NCBI RefSeq assembly: GCF_006345805.1
Contig: NC_043001.1
Coordinates: 103,726,001-103,790,000 of the forward strand
Length of the DNA stretch: 64,000 nt
Direction of reading: 5' to 3'
DNA from: Octopus sinensis
Taxonomy: Eukaryota
Shown in pieces: positions 12,090-24,851 of this stretch (its first letter is position 1; each line of letters opens with the position of its first letter). Position numbers and translations under genes: made by a program. The notes below the pieces were generated by a model. That model did not search any database, was not told where the DNA came from, and saw only the letters and a program-made list of their open reading frames with translations.

Positions 12090-12254
12090 AGACGAAGGTG
12101 GGTGTGTAAACAACAAACAGTTGTATTACTTTAACGCTCGGGAGGTGAGCAAGTCTTTTACGTTTCGAGCCCACGCTCGTCAACAGAAAGGAACACAGAA
12201 ATAAATAGGGAGAGAAAATAAAAAAAAGGTTTAGTGGCCAGCGATCTATCATGG

Positions 12255-12255
<1 letters not shown>
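12090..12255 (-). mobile_element. Penelope-like pseudo-LTR repeat (family HHR-B)
   Basis: Homologous to 46560-46780 and 51245-51600. Confidence 0.7.
12155..12190 (-). ncRNA. Minimal type I hammerhead motif (A6U core variant)
   Basis: Minus strand: CTTT-CTGTTGA-C-GAGC(gtgg)GCTC-GAAA-CG-T-A-AAAG. Stems I and II pair fully; stem III is the palindromic AACGT type. Confidence 0.6.
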
Positions 12256-12366
<111 letters not shown>

Positions 12367-12586
12367 ATTACATCCCCACACACACATATATATATAGTTA
12401 GATAGATAGATAGATAGATATTTTTTATATGTGTGTGTATTTACAATTATTTTTACTTTTATAGTTTTATAGTTTCTTTATAGATTAGCGTTTTACATTT
12501 ATAGTTGGAAGTGTTGCGTATATACAAACAAATGTACCTAGGAATATGTCTATAAAAGATTGCAAGTATGAGAGGATGGAATTTGA

Positions 12587-12679
12587 AGTGTACATTTCTA
12601 TATAACGAGAATTATTTCATGTATTCGCGTTTGAATGTGTACATTTCTATATAAACGAGAATTATTTCATGTATTCGCG
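12587..12679. repeat. Tandem duplication of a ~50-bp unit
   Basis: gtgtacatttctatata(a)acgagaattatttcatgtattcgcgt occurs twice. Confidence 0.85.
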
Positions 12680-13498
12680 TGAGAGTGAAGGCTTATTTAA
12701 TCAGTGTCGACGTGTCCTATCTCCATTTTTGTATATATTTGTTGGTGAAGATAAAATTTCGTTCACTGAGTTGCTCTTTAAGCCTATGCATTCATATTTC
12801 TAACTTCTATCAGATCTCACGCCCACTACTTACTAGTTTTACTTCTCCCCCAATAACCACGCCCGTCCGTTCACTGAAACCTCCTACCAAAATTAAAATG
12901 TTCACTATTGTCAATCATTACTGCATTGTCCTAAGTTCAACCCTCCCTCTTAAATGTGTTCTTCAACAATCTCCCCCATCCAGTAGGAAGTTATTTCAAA
13001 CTTCTGTCAGGTATCTTATATTTATAGCTTAAACAAGCCATTTGGCGATACTTCATAAAGTCACTCTTCATAAAATTGAGTTCTTCATTTTGTTATAGTT
13101 CGCTGCTTTTATGCATTCGTAAACACATTTTGAGTCATTTTCTGTTTGTTACTTCTTTGTCTTTATATATGTACATTCGTTTGCCTTGCCCAGGTGCTTA
13201 ATGATTTTAGCTTAAGCCCTTGGCCCAACCGGTTTCGTGTAGTATCGGAAAGGATTGGGCGAGACTACGTGAACATTCCGGACTCCGACTGAAGAGGCAG
13301 TTGGCTGAACCGTGTATCTTGATTTGTCCTGTTTGCCGTTGCTGTGCTATCATCTTTTTCGTGCTTTTTATGTTTAAATGGTTTCCGTTTGTTGTGTTTT
13401 CTTTTACCTTTGATTTATATATATATATGTATTATAGGTGTGGTGTTATACAATGTGTGTGTATACATATATATATATATATATATATATTAATATAT

Positions 13499-13530
<32 letters not shown>

Positions 13531-13715
13531 ATATAATAAAAATGGAAGAAGAAAGCGACAACAGGGAGAAACAATAACGTGAGGACGTGGTACATACAAA
13601 TATATTAACAAGGACGCTCAGAGAAAATATATAATACATAAATATATATATATATATATTAGGATGGTTTGGTGGTTGGAGATAATGTACAGGTATTAGA
13701 TATTAGAAGAAATAA

Positions 13716-13890
13716 AGGTGACTCCGAAATCTGATAGTTTTATATTTACAGATATATTAGTACGTTAATATGTTTTATAAAATTATATATCAGCGCTAGA
13801 GGGTTGTGCAGCGCTAATATATGAGTTATAAAACATGGTACATTAATAGATATCTGTAAAGATAAAAACCATCAAGATTTCTGAGTACCT
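13716..13890. repeat. Imperfect foldback / long inverted repeat
   Basis: gaaatctgat..tttacagatat..atgttttataa..agcgct pairs with agcgct..ttataaaacat..atatctgtaaa..atcaagatttc. Confidence 0.75.
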
Positions 13891-13907
13891 TATTTCATTC
13901 TAATATT

Positions 13908-13941
<34 letters not shown>

Positions 13942-14132
13942 ATATAGATATAATTTTTCTTCTTTTTTTTTTGATTTTTTTTATAATCGATATATATGTA
14001 TGTATATATAATATATAGTATAATAATATCTAATATATATCTATTATTATATATATATATATATATATAATATATATACGTATGCGGTGTGTGTGCAGTA
14101 ATGTATAAAGTATGTATATATATATATATACA

Positions 14133-14182
<50 letters not shown>

Positions 14183-14273
14183 TATATATGTATATATTAT
14201 ATATAATATTACAATCTAGCTGAAAACCATACATACATGCATAATTCATATATAGATACCATACATACAATTT

Positions 14274-14308
<35 letters not shown>

Positions 14309-14349
14309 TGCATACATACACGAAAAACTATTCTGGATTAAATATAGAG

Positions 14350-14890
14350 AATCCCCGTTATTGAGTCCCTACTCAAATATCAACAGAAGGAACAGTGGTG
14401 GCACTTTCCCATCAAAACCTATTTCCAGAGTAACCATAATCGGTCGGATATTGTTGTTTGAGCAGGACCCTACCCTTCTCCATATTGATTCCGATGTCGT
14501 GGAGTTTCTCAGCTCTTTCATCTAGCTGGTCTCCACAGATACCAATAATGAAGATCTGACTCCGGAGATAAACGCAGATGTGACCTGGCAGCTGGTGTCA
14601 TGTACCCCCTATGCAAGACACTCTGACACCACTACTCTATCAACAGAAAGAGGAAGCTCTAAATCTACAACGCATCATCCCTCTCCATCGTCCTCCATGC
14701 AGCAGGAACGTGATCCCCTCTCGCTGTCGATGGTTGGACGTGACTGGAAAAGACCTGCAGAGGCTAACGTTGCTTTGAAGAGTGCAGAAGAGCATCTTTG
14801 CTGACCGCTTTCGAAGCTTTGATTCCAATTTAATAACAAGACAATGCCGACAGCCACATTACCTCATATATGATATGCTAAATTTCAGTG
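14350..14890 (+). pseudogene. RTE-clade LINE ORF2 relic (post-RT region)
   Basis: Manual translation with stops and frameshifts: LHIDSDVVEFLSSFI*LVS..DLTPEI / RRCDLAAGVMYPLCKTL*HHYSINRKRKL*IYNASSLSIVLHAAGT*. Matches the RTE pattern EIKRRIxLA...LW...ISxxTKLRIYNA.VLS.LLYG.ETW. Confidence 0.75.
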
Positions 14891-15090
14891 GGCTAAGCAT
14901 ACATTTCCACCAATACCGTCGCCACCATATATGCTACATACGCCATCGCCATACAGCAACCCTATTGCCGCAGCTGGAGCGTCTGTCATTTTGATCTCTA
15001 TAGTTATTATATGCAATACATTCGTACTGCTTGTTTTTTTCTTTTTTAGTTTTTGTCTTAAAAATTTTGGTAACAACATCTGGCGCTTTG

Positions 15091-15486
15091 AAGGCGGCGA
15101 GCTGGCAGAATCGTTAGCACGCCGGGCGAAATACATCGCCGTATTTCGTCTGCCGTTACGTTCTGAGTTCAAATTCCGCCGTGGTCGACTTTTCCTTTCA
15201 TCATTTCGGGGTCGACAAAAAAAGTACCAGTTGTGCACTGAGGGTCGATGTAATCGACTTAATCCGTCTGTCTGTCCTTCTTTGTCTCCTGTGTGTTTAG
15301 CCCCTTTTGGGTAGTAAAGAAATAGGTATTTCGTCTGTCCTTACGTTCTGCGATCAAATTCCGTCGAGGTCAAATTTGCCTTTCATCCTTTACGGCTATT
15401 TTAAGTACCAGTTGAATACTGGAGTCGATCTAATTGACTGGCCTCTCTCCCACCAAATTTCAAGCCTTGTGCCTTGTCTAGAAAAG
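15091..15486 (+). mobile_element. SINE family A, dimeric (head, long unit, short unit)
   Basis: Second body starts at GGTATTTCG (15325), as in the 329-1070 array. Confidence 0.9.
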
Positions 15487-15559
15487 ACTATCTGGTGCCT
15501 TGATTCTTATAAGCGTATGATTTTCAATAAATGTTTAATGACATCACCCGTGATATAAA

Positions 15560-15592
15560 TGATAGATAGATAGATAGATAAATTTATAGATG

Positions 15593-15665
<73 letters not shown>

Positions 15666-15667
15666 GC

Positions 15668-15755
<88 letters not shown>
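15560..15755. repeat. (TAGA)n microsatellite
   Basis: Directly visible. Confidence 0.95.
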
Positions 15756-15757
<2 letters not shown>

Positions 15758-16284
15758 AACTTCATAAAAATGAATCTCTTCAATTAATTAGTTTCTCTCC
15801 ATCTGCTTCACAGTAAAACATATTCGATACTCTTTTGTGTTCTTTTTTTTATGGAGTGTTTCGTAGCAAAAATCTTTTAGTTATCTCATTATTATTCATA
15901 ATACGGTTAAAAACCCGATCAACATACTTTTCCATATTTCTCTGAATTAAAACTGAATGATTCCTGTTTATTCTGTTTGATCTCACTGACACAGGTTAGA
16001 GTATTTAAGTTATAAATACCAGATCAATGAAATTATAAACCGATTACTTCGTGTGAGATTTATTGCAATCATTAAAACAAACATACTGTTTTGCCTCCAT
16101 TACTAATTTACAATATCAATTCCCGTTATCATGCGCCAAAGAATTTCGTTGTCCAGCTGCGGTCGACCTGCCTCAAACACTCTTTCACTGCAGCTGAACA
16201 CTAAAGCAATGTCGTTGCCGTGATTGATAAATAATACATATACGCTGGTTTATCCGTAATGATAATTATTATTTTGTATATCAA

Positions 16285-16455
16285 AAAGGCGGCGAGCTGG
16301 AAGAATCGTTAGCATGGTGGAAGAAACGCTTTAATGTATTTCTTCCGTATCAATACGTTCTGAGTTCAAATCGAATTTGCCTTTCATTCTTTCCAGTTCG
16401 AGAAAATGATTGCCAGTTGCTCTCCTTTCTCAAGCTTGTGCCGAAGTAGAAAAAC
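16285..16455 (+). mobile_element. SINE family A, degenerate
   Basis: aaggcggcgagctggaagaatcgttagc...gagttcaaatc...cttgtgccgaagtagaaa. Confidence 0.75.
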
Positions 16456-16679
16456 TGTATGTGAGGACAGAAGTTTCTCAGAATCGTTATTTGTCCGGAA
16501 TATTACAGTGAAATTCGAATTCTATCTGTGATCAGCTTTAGCATTCGTCTTCTCGAGTTTGTTAAAATAGAGTACAAGCAAGTACCGCAGAAAATCTACT
16601 CGACTATACCCTAGACTCAACACGTGTAGCTTTGGTAGAAAATTCCTTGTGCATACAACAGCAAATGTTTCTTTTATAT

Positions 16680-16734
16680 AGACAGACACACGGGTAGAAA
16701 GAGATAGACAGACAGATATATAGACAGACAGACA

Positions 16735-16781
<47 letters not shown>

Positions 16782-16861
16782 GATAGATAGATAGATAGAT
16801 AGACAGGCATACAGAAAGACAGACAGACAGATATGTTAGACAGACAGATATATAGATAGAC

Positions 16862-16947
<86 letters not shown>

Positions 16948-16964
16948 TATATAGACAGACAGAC

Positions 16965-17021
<57 letters not shown>

Positions 17022-17048
17022 TACAGACAGACATACAGATAGACAGAC

Positions 17049-17129
<81 letters not shown>

Positions 17130-17130
17130 T
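16680..17130. repeat. Compound (CAGA)/(TAGA)/(TA) microsatellite
   Basis: Directly visible. Confidence 0.95.
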
Positions 17131-18198
17131 GTTTGTGTGCAGACAAACAAATGTGTGTTTTACTGATTCTTCCGTGATGCACTCGTTTCACACCCAACAT
17201 GTCATCCCAGACAACTACGGCTGAAGCATAATAAAATAAAGCAATAAATTATACATTTCTTGAACACATCAAATATTGTGCCATTTCCGCTCTTTTTTTC
17301 CTGTCTGTGTCGTTACTGTTTTATCCATAATTCCGCATGTGACCAACAAATGATGAGGCGCCCCCATAAAATTTTGACATTTGCATATTATTGAAGCAAT
17401 TATTTTTCAACTCGATAGACTCTTCTTACAACAAACCACTCAGCTGTAGATTTAGCGAGATGAGGTACGTCTCTTAATGTAAGCAGGCTACGATTAAGCG
17501 GATTCCGACATTTTGTAACTATTTCCCCCTCATCATTTAGAAACGCACAAACACACGCACACATACACACACAACCGCACACATATAAACACACATATAT
17601 AAACAAAAACACTTTTTCCGCGCTAAAAGGGTTCAAATTATACGCACAAATTCATACTTAGTATTCAATGCATGACACAAATGTAGGCGTCAAAATTTTT
17701 ATTCCAGAAACCCCATTCCGACCGTTTCGATCATGTGTTATTTGTATGTATAAAAGGCAGGATGTGTGTGTGTGTGTGTGTGTACGTGAATGTAATTTAT
17801 GCACGTCCACAAATTAGCACGCATGTCGCTCCAATTTTAGGAGGACATTCGTCATGATCCTTCCTGTATTTTCGTCAATTTATTTTTCCCAGAGACACCA
17901 GCGAATAGCAGACAAAATAAATTTTCAACCAAAACTTTTAACAATTTTCAAGTCGGAAAAATCCACCGTTATTTACAAACAGGAGTTAAGTCCCCTTCTA
18001 GCGACAAGTAAGTTTTTGTTAAGACTCTTGTCTTCTTTTTCTATCAAGGAAAAAGTGTTTTGTCGATATACAGACAACCCACACACACACACACGAACAT
18101 GTATGCGTACAAAAAACATGTATGCAATAGTGGGTACGTATGTACGTGTGTGTATGCTGTGTGTGTGTGTGTGTATGTATGTTGCCCATATATATATA

Positions 18199-18246
<48 letters not shown>

Positions 18247-18994
18247 GGTATATATATATACACTTAAGACTTAGTTGTGATCTGAACATAGCCGCTTCTG
18301 ACGCAGAGGATCGGGAGTCCTTTTGGGCATTCTATTTTCATTACTGGAAGGGTTCCTAACCCATGGGCAAAGGAGAGTTAGATGATGGAGGTGGTGTTTT
18401 CAAAGGGATGGCATGTGCAACCTGATCACCTCTGCCAATCAAATGATGTGTGAAAAAAATCGATAATCCGATTTCTTACGGGATTACCCAATCAAGTTTT
18501 CTGCAACCTACAACCAATTTCAACGGATTTCGCCCAAATTTGACGTCGATGTTACTTAGTTTGGTTTGAAATAAAGAACTTGATTAGCTTAATTACCCTA
18601 ACTTAATTCCTTGAAATCATTACTTTTCGTGCTGTATATTTTCAATCTTAATACACGTCTTCTTTTTTCTGAGTGAACCCAGGCGCTCTCCAAATGAAGG
18701 ATACCAAATTGTTCTAAACGCTAAGATTGTAATGACTTTCGATTAATAGTTCGTTGGTGCAGATTCACTGTCAACACCATATCTATTACGATCATCATCA
18801 TTATCGTCGTCATCGTACTCATAATGAGACCATTTCACTGCTGATCATATCCACATACTACGAAATACCCCTCCTCCATACACATTTAGGTGATCCATAA
18901 CTCTAAAAGGGATTTCATTACATCTAGAAATGTGGGTTGTTTTTTATTTTTTTGTCTTATCTTTCATAATGCGTTTCAATATTTACCATAATTA

Positions 18995-19190
18995 AGGCAG
19001 CGAGTCGGCAGAATCGTTAGCGCGCCGGGCAGAATGCTTAGTGGCATTTCGCACGCCTGCACATTCTGAGTTCTAATTCCGGCGAGGTTGACTTTGCCTT
19101 TCATCCTTATTTCGTAGTCGATAAAATAAATACCAACTGAACACTGGGGTCAATGGAATCGACTTAGTCTCTTCCCTGAAAATTGCTGCC
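18995..19190 (+). mobile_element. SINE family A
   Basis: aaggcagcgagtcggcagaatcgttagcgcgccgggc...gactttgcctttcatcc. Confidence 0.85.
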
Positions 19191-19243
19191 AAAATGTGTT
19201 ATCAATATTCAATGCGGTTCTTCAGTTATAGGAAGTTGTTTAA

Positions 19244-19463
19244 CCCTTTCATTACTGTATTTATTTTGAGATGTTCTGTATTTCTTTCAATTAATTTTAA
19301 ATCTGACAAAGAATTTAGTCAAATAACTTAGTTATCATTAAGCTAGTGTTGGGAACATAAATTGTGACTAAGGTTTGGTGGAAGATTTTAATTCAGAACT
19401 TATGGATACAAGACATTTGTACTACAGGGCCAGATCGGTTTCACCGGGTTGGTATCAAAAGGG
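19244..19463. mobile_element. piggyBac-type MITE with TTAA target duplication
   Basis: TTAA|CCCTTTCATTAC ... GTATCAAAAGGG|TTAA. CCC/GGG ends with TTAA are the piggyBac signature. Confidence 0.8.
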
Positions 19464-19519
19464 TTAATAGGTTATATCATGAAGAGAAAGAAGAGTAGAA
19501 TATAGCAGGACGGAAGGAA

Positions 19520-19545
19520 TAAATATATAAATAAATAAATAAATA

Positions 19546-19581
<36 letters not shown>

Positions 19582-19585
19582 AATA

Positions 19586-19641
<56 letters not shown>

Positions 19642-19645
19642 AAAA
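19520..19645. repeat. (AAAT)n/(GAAA)n microsatellite
   Basis: Directly visible. Confidence 0.95.
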
Positions 19646-20119
19646 GCTTTATTCAAACGCATAAAGTGAGCAAAATCGTATGCAAAACAAATGAAAAGGC
19701 GGATAGCCATTCAGTAAATGTAATAGATGAGAAAGCACTTATCGGAGGAACGAAATATGTCAGAGAGAATGCAAATCTACGGAAATTTGGAAGATGTATT
19801 CGATAATTAAAGAAATATACTGGGGGAAATAAGATGCAGAAGGTGAAGTAGCGTTGGAGTTTGTCAGGAAACGATTTATAATCCACAGTCGTTAATATTC
19901 ATAGAAAATGGATGTCGTTAAAGAATAAATTTGATTTGTCATTTAAATTACACCATTCGGCTATTAATTGCGAATGCAATTGGTTAATCTTAATTTTAAA
20001 GCAAAGTCACTGTTTTATTTGCGCATCATTTGTTGTAAATATAAATAAACATGGAGCACAGTCTATTCCTCTTCCAACTCTTTCCCTGTTGCTACACGTA
20101 CTTCATTTTCTCCTTCACA

Positions 20120-20506
20120 TGTATTTACATATACATACATACATACATACATACATACATACATACATACATACACACAACACACACACATACATACATA
20201 CATACATACACACACATACATACATACAAACATACATACTTACATACATACACACATACACACATACATCATACATACATACATACATACATACATACAC
20301 ACATACATACATACCTACAGACGACATACATAGATACAGATACTACATACATACATACATACATCAACATACATACATACATACATACATACAACACACA
20401 TCATACATACATACATACATACATACATACATACATACATACATACATACATACATACATACGTACGTACGTACGTACATATATATATATATATATATAT
20501 TATATA

Positions 20507-20544
<38 letters not shown>

Positions 20545-20560
20545 TATATATATATATATA
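20120..20560. repeat. (TACA)n/(TA)n microsatellite
   Basis: Directly visible. Confidence 0.95.
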
Positions 20561-22254
20561 CAAAAATACCCTGGTGTTGATGTTGAATTTCCAGTGACGG
20601 AGCTCTTTCTCCAATGGCAAGAAGTCTTGAAATAAAACTGAATAATGACATACATACGTACTTATACACACACACAGACACATAATGACAATCTGCACCC
20701 TTTTTGGTCCAGATCTTCTGCTTCCTTCATTTCTCTGATAAACGATTTCTCACCCTTTGGAGTCTTTGAATAGCATCACTCACGAAAATCCCCCCTCTCA
20801 GCATGAGTGTATGTATATCTGTCCTCCTCCTACATCATTAACAGTATTTTAACTGTTATTTCTAGCAATGTAGGTGCGTCGGTACCCGGAGTCACACTTA
20901 GTGACGATTGAATCTTTCCTTTATGGTATCACATTGCGTCTGGCTGGTCATATTAATTATATATATATATATATATATATGTGTGAGTGTGTGTGTATGA
21001 TTGTATGTATATATATATATTATATATATGTATATAATATAATATATTATATATATATATATATATTCAACTCGATATTCTTCTATACACATTCATACAA
21101 ATTCGCAAAAAGTATACATATATATTTACGCATAAACATACATACATTTATACATACATGATTATATGTGTGTGTGTATTCATATATACATATACATACA
21201 CACACGCACACGCTGTATCACGAGAGTTATTATGTCACTAATATTATAAACACATGCACTGGTTCAATTTCACTTCTTTATTATTCGTCAATCGGTTAGC
21301 TGGTTTTAGCGGTTGAAATGATACCTTTTTGTACTTTGGGTAGCAAATACAACTGTCTGCAGAGGAGTAGAGTCAAAGCTTTGAGCATTTATAACTGAAA
21401 ACCTTCTACTTTAAAATATCAGTGTAACAGCTGGATAATGTGGTTAGACGATCGAATCGGCATAGCACTGGACTAAACAATTGTTCAAACTTAGAAGAGA
21501 ATATCCTCGGGTTTTACTCATCTCTAGGCGAGACGAAATAAGTCCCAAGCTTGATGTAATCTAATAAACTTTCACAATAGTTGTAACTATATTAGAAATC
21601 GGTTTCGAAAATAATAAACGAGATCATTTACTGAGCAGATTTTCACCATTTCATTCAAAATCAATGAAAAAAGATGACAATATTTACAGACAATAGACTG
21701 AGCTCTTGATCCCAAATTAACGTTTACTTTTAACTTATTATTGTATTTCTGAATACGTTTAACAATATCTTACCTGCAGCCTCGAAATTCTTGAGTATTT
21801 GGATAAAAAGAGGCAAGCAGCTAAAGACTCACGTTGCAAGTACAGAGAGATAAAATTATATTTCTAAATTGTAGCTCTAAAGGCTGTTCTTTATGGGAAA
21901 AATTCAAATTACTAAAAAGACAACCTGTATTTACACACGCATCTGCAGAGAGTCCCTATGCTTCCCGACGCCCTACTTCAGTTTTCAATATAAGTAACGA
22001 AATAATTTCAACTTGTTTACACATGACTAAATACTTCCTTGAAACTTTCAAAATGGACCGATTCTACTCTAGACTATAATATATAACAATTGGAAATTTA
22101 CAATGACTACAATGGTTTTAAAACTTCCCAATCCACTGACGTGTGTACGATCCGCCAGACGATATGAGTAGGCCATTTCTCGCATAAGCTAACGTACTCT
22201 GTGTACTTGGAATAGTATCCTGACTTTCTAGTCATTTCTGCCATAAAAATAAAT

Positions 22255-22335
<81 letters not shown>

Positions 22336-23042
22336 ATATATATGTGTGTGTATATATATATATATGTGTGTGTGTGTGTATAACTCTGTGTTTGAGCGCA
22401 TGCTTACGAAAAAGTATCTTTGATTCTCTATTTTCTCGCTGACTACTGATGTGCATCATAATCTAGAAATGATTCAATTCAATACCACAACGTTGCAGAT
22501 TTAATTATTCGGTTGAAAGGTGAGGCTAACTAAAATATTCAAAAAGCTCTTATTTCCAATTCCCTGAGGTTGACATAAAAAAAAAAACGAAACGAAAAGC
22601 ATAAGTATTCGGTCGTTAGAGAAAAACGAATGATTTCATTTGCACTTTTTGTTAGGCACATAATTTATGATACAACATGATTTAAACGTCACTAATGTGC
22701 ATATGTTTGCTTGTGCGTATACGCAACAATGTGTGCGTGGTTGTGTATTCGTGTGGAAACAGAATTGTAACCGTTTCTCCGTCTTTAAATATTTTCGATT
22801 TGTCAACACTCGAATCTATATACACACAAACACAGACATAAATACTCACATCTGCACACACATAAAGACACAGAAACAAAACACATTACCTTCTTTTTGC
22901 ACCTTCACAATTTAATATCTCTATCTGTTTGCGTGTATGTCTGTGTATATGACTGTGTCTATGCGTATACATATAGAACATGCGTATAATTGTAAATGCA
23001 CATACAATTATCAATATCTGTTTTCTCTCTCTCTCTCTCTAT

Positions 23043-23073
<31 letters not shown>

Positions 23074-23218
23074 TTATATATGCATGTATATATACATGTA
23101 TATATATATATATATTTATATATGCATGTATATATACATGTATATATATATATATATATGAATGTGTATATATATATACATGTACATCTGCCTATTTTCT
23201 ATTTATCTATCTATTGCC

Positions 23219-23269
<51 letters not shown>

Positions 23270-23290
23270 TATTTATATATGCATGTATAT

Positions 23291-23322
<32 letters not shown>

Positions 23323-23403
23323 GAATGTGTATATATATACACATTACGTATATAAATATGCACTGACACACACACACACCACACATATATACATAGTACA
23401 TGT

Positions 23404-23692
23404 GAAGGCGCGTGGCTAGGTGTATCCATGATTGAAAGATCCCCAGTTCGATTCCCGGCCGTGCTATATGGCCTTGAGCAAGACACTTTATTTCACGTTG
23501 CTCCAGTCCACTCAATCGGCAAAAGTGACTGGTACCTGTAATTCAAAGGGGTCGGCCATGTCACACTGAATCACCCTGTGCACTATGTTACAGGTACGCA
23601 GTGCCTGTAGTGTACTCAGACATTTGCACGATAATTCCACTAAGCTAATCGGATCAACTGGAACACTACTCGTCATAACCGACCGAGTGCCA
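23404..23692 (+). mobile_element. Head X + CORE-like segment + family B tail SINE
   Basis: gaaggcgcgtggc..gttcgattcccggcc..ccttgagcaagacactttatttcacgttgctccagtccactc..ggtacctgta..cggatcaactggaac..gagtgcca. Confidence 0.85.
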
Positions 23693-23927
23693 CTAATATA
23701 TATATATGTTCTAGTTTGAATTTCCTGTGAAGATGAAGAATACTATTTACAAAATTCTTTCGTCAGTATTGGCTGGAATCGGTAGCGGAAACGGCCGTAA
23801 GAATTGTTATGTCACATAAATATTATGCCATGTTTTATATTAAGTTATAAGCTACAGATGTCTAATTGATTTGTTAGTTGACAGAAGTTTTCTCCATTTT
23901 CTGATTATATATATATATATATATATA

Positions 23928-23972
<45 letters not shown>

Positions 23973-23978
23973 TATATA

Positions 23979-24720
23979 CAGTTGCGGCCAAAATGTTCAG
24001 AACGGCATTGTTTTCGTCAGAAAGGTAGATATAATTTTTATCAAAGTTGTTTTATATTCTATAATTTTCACAGATAATAAATACGATATTATTTGTTATT
24101 GCCTGATATTTTGGTGTAATGTGAGAGGATAATACAAAAGTTATGGATGATTTTGGTGTAATTTGAGAGGATAATACAAAAGTTATGGATGATTTAGTGA
24201 TTTACTGCAAAACCCATGGCGGCCAAAATGATGAGACGGTTGAAAAAATAACAAAATAATCAAAAATGACAGAGAATACTGGAATTATTTAATATTTAGT
24301 GTGAAGCCCTTTAGCTTCAATCACACTCTGACATCTTCGACTGCATGAGGAAATTAAATTTTCAATTCTTGCTGGGTGATCTTATTCCATTCTTCCTGAA
24401 GGGCATTCAATAATTGCTCGGTTGTTTTAGGATTTCTGGCTTTCGAACGTTCTCCTAGAATATTCCACACATTTTCAATAGGATTGAGATCTGGGCTTTG
24501 AGCTGGCCAATCCATATCAATAACCTTTTCAGCCTTGAGGAAGTTCATGACCACCTTAGCCTTGTGACATGGGGCATTGTCCTGCATGAATATGGGTGGT
24601 CGCTTAGTTGAATTTCTCAGCACAGGCAAGACATGATCTTTTACAAGTTGTTCATAAACTACTGCATTTAACTTTCTATGTAATCACACCAATGGGCCCA
24701 CACCATCTCCAGATGTGTAT
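23979..24720 (-). mobile_element. Truncated Tc1/mariner (DD34E, IR-DR type) transposon: right TIR plus transposase C-terminus
   Basis: TA|CAGTTGCGGCCAAAATG terminus with an inner repeat at ~24220. Minus-strand ORF FMQDNAPCHKAK...DWPAQSPDLNPIENVW, continuing after a frameshift as ISSCSRRCQSVIEAKGLHTKY*. Confidence 0.92.
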
Positions 24721-24784
24721 GTGACTATATATATATTGAGAGAGAGAGACAGTGAGTGATAGATAGAGAGATAGAGAGATAGAG

Positions 24785-24851
<67 letters not shown>

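Noticed and set aside
21510-21545. tctc(taggc)gaga-cgaaa, resembling hammerhead stem II plus GAAA
   Set aside because: No CUGANGA box upstream.
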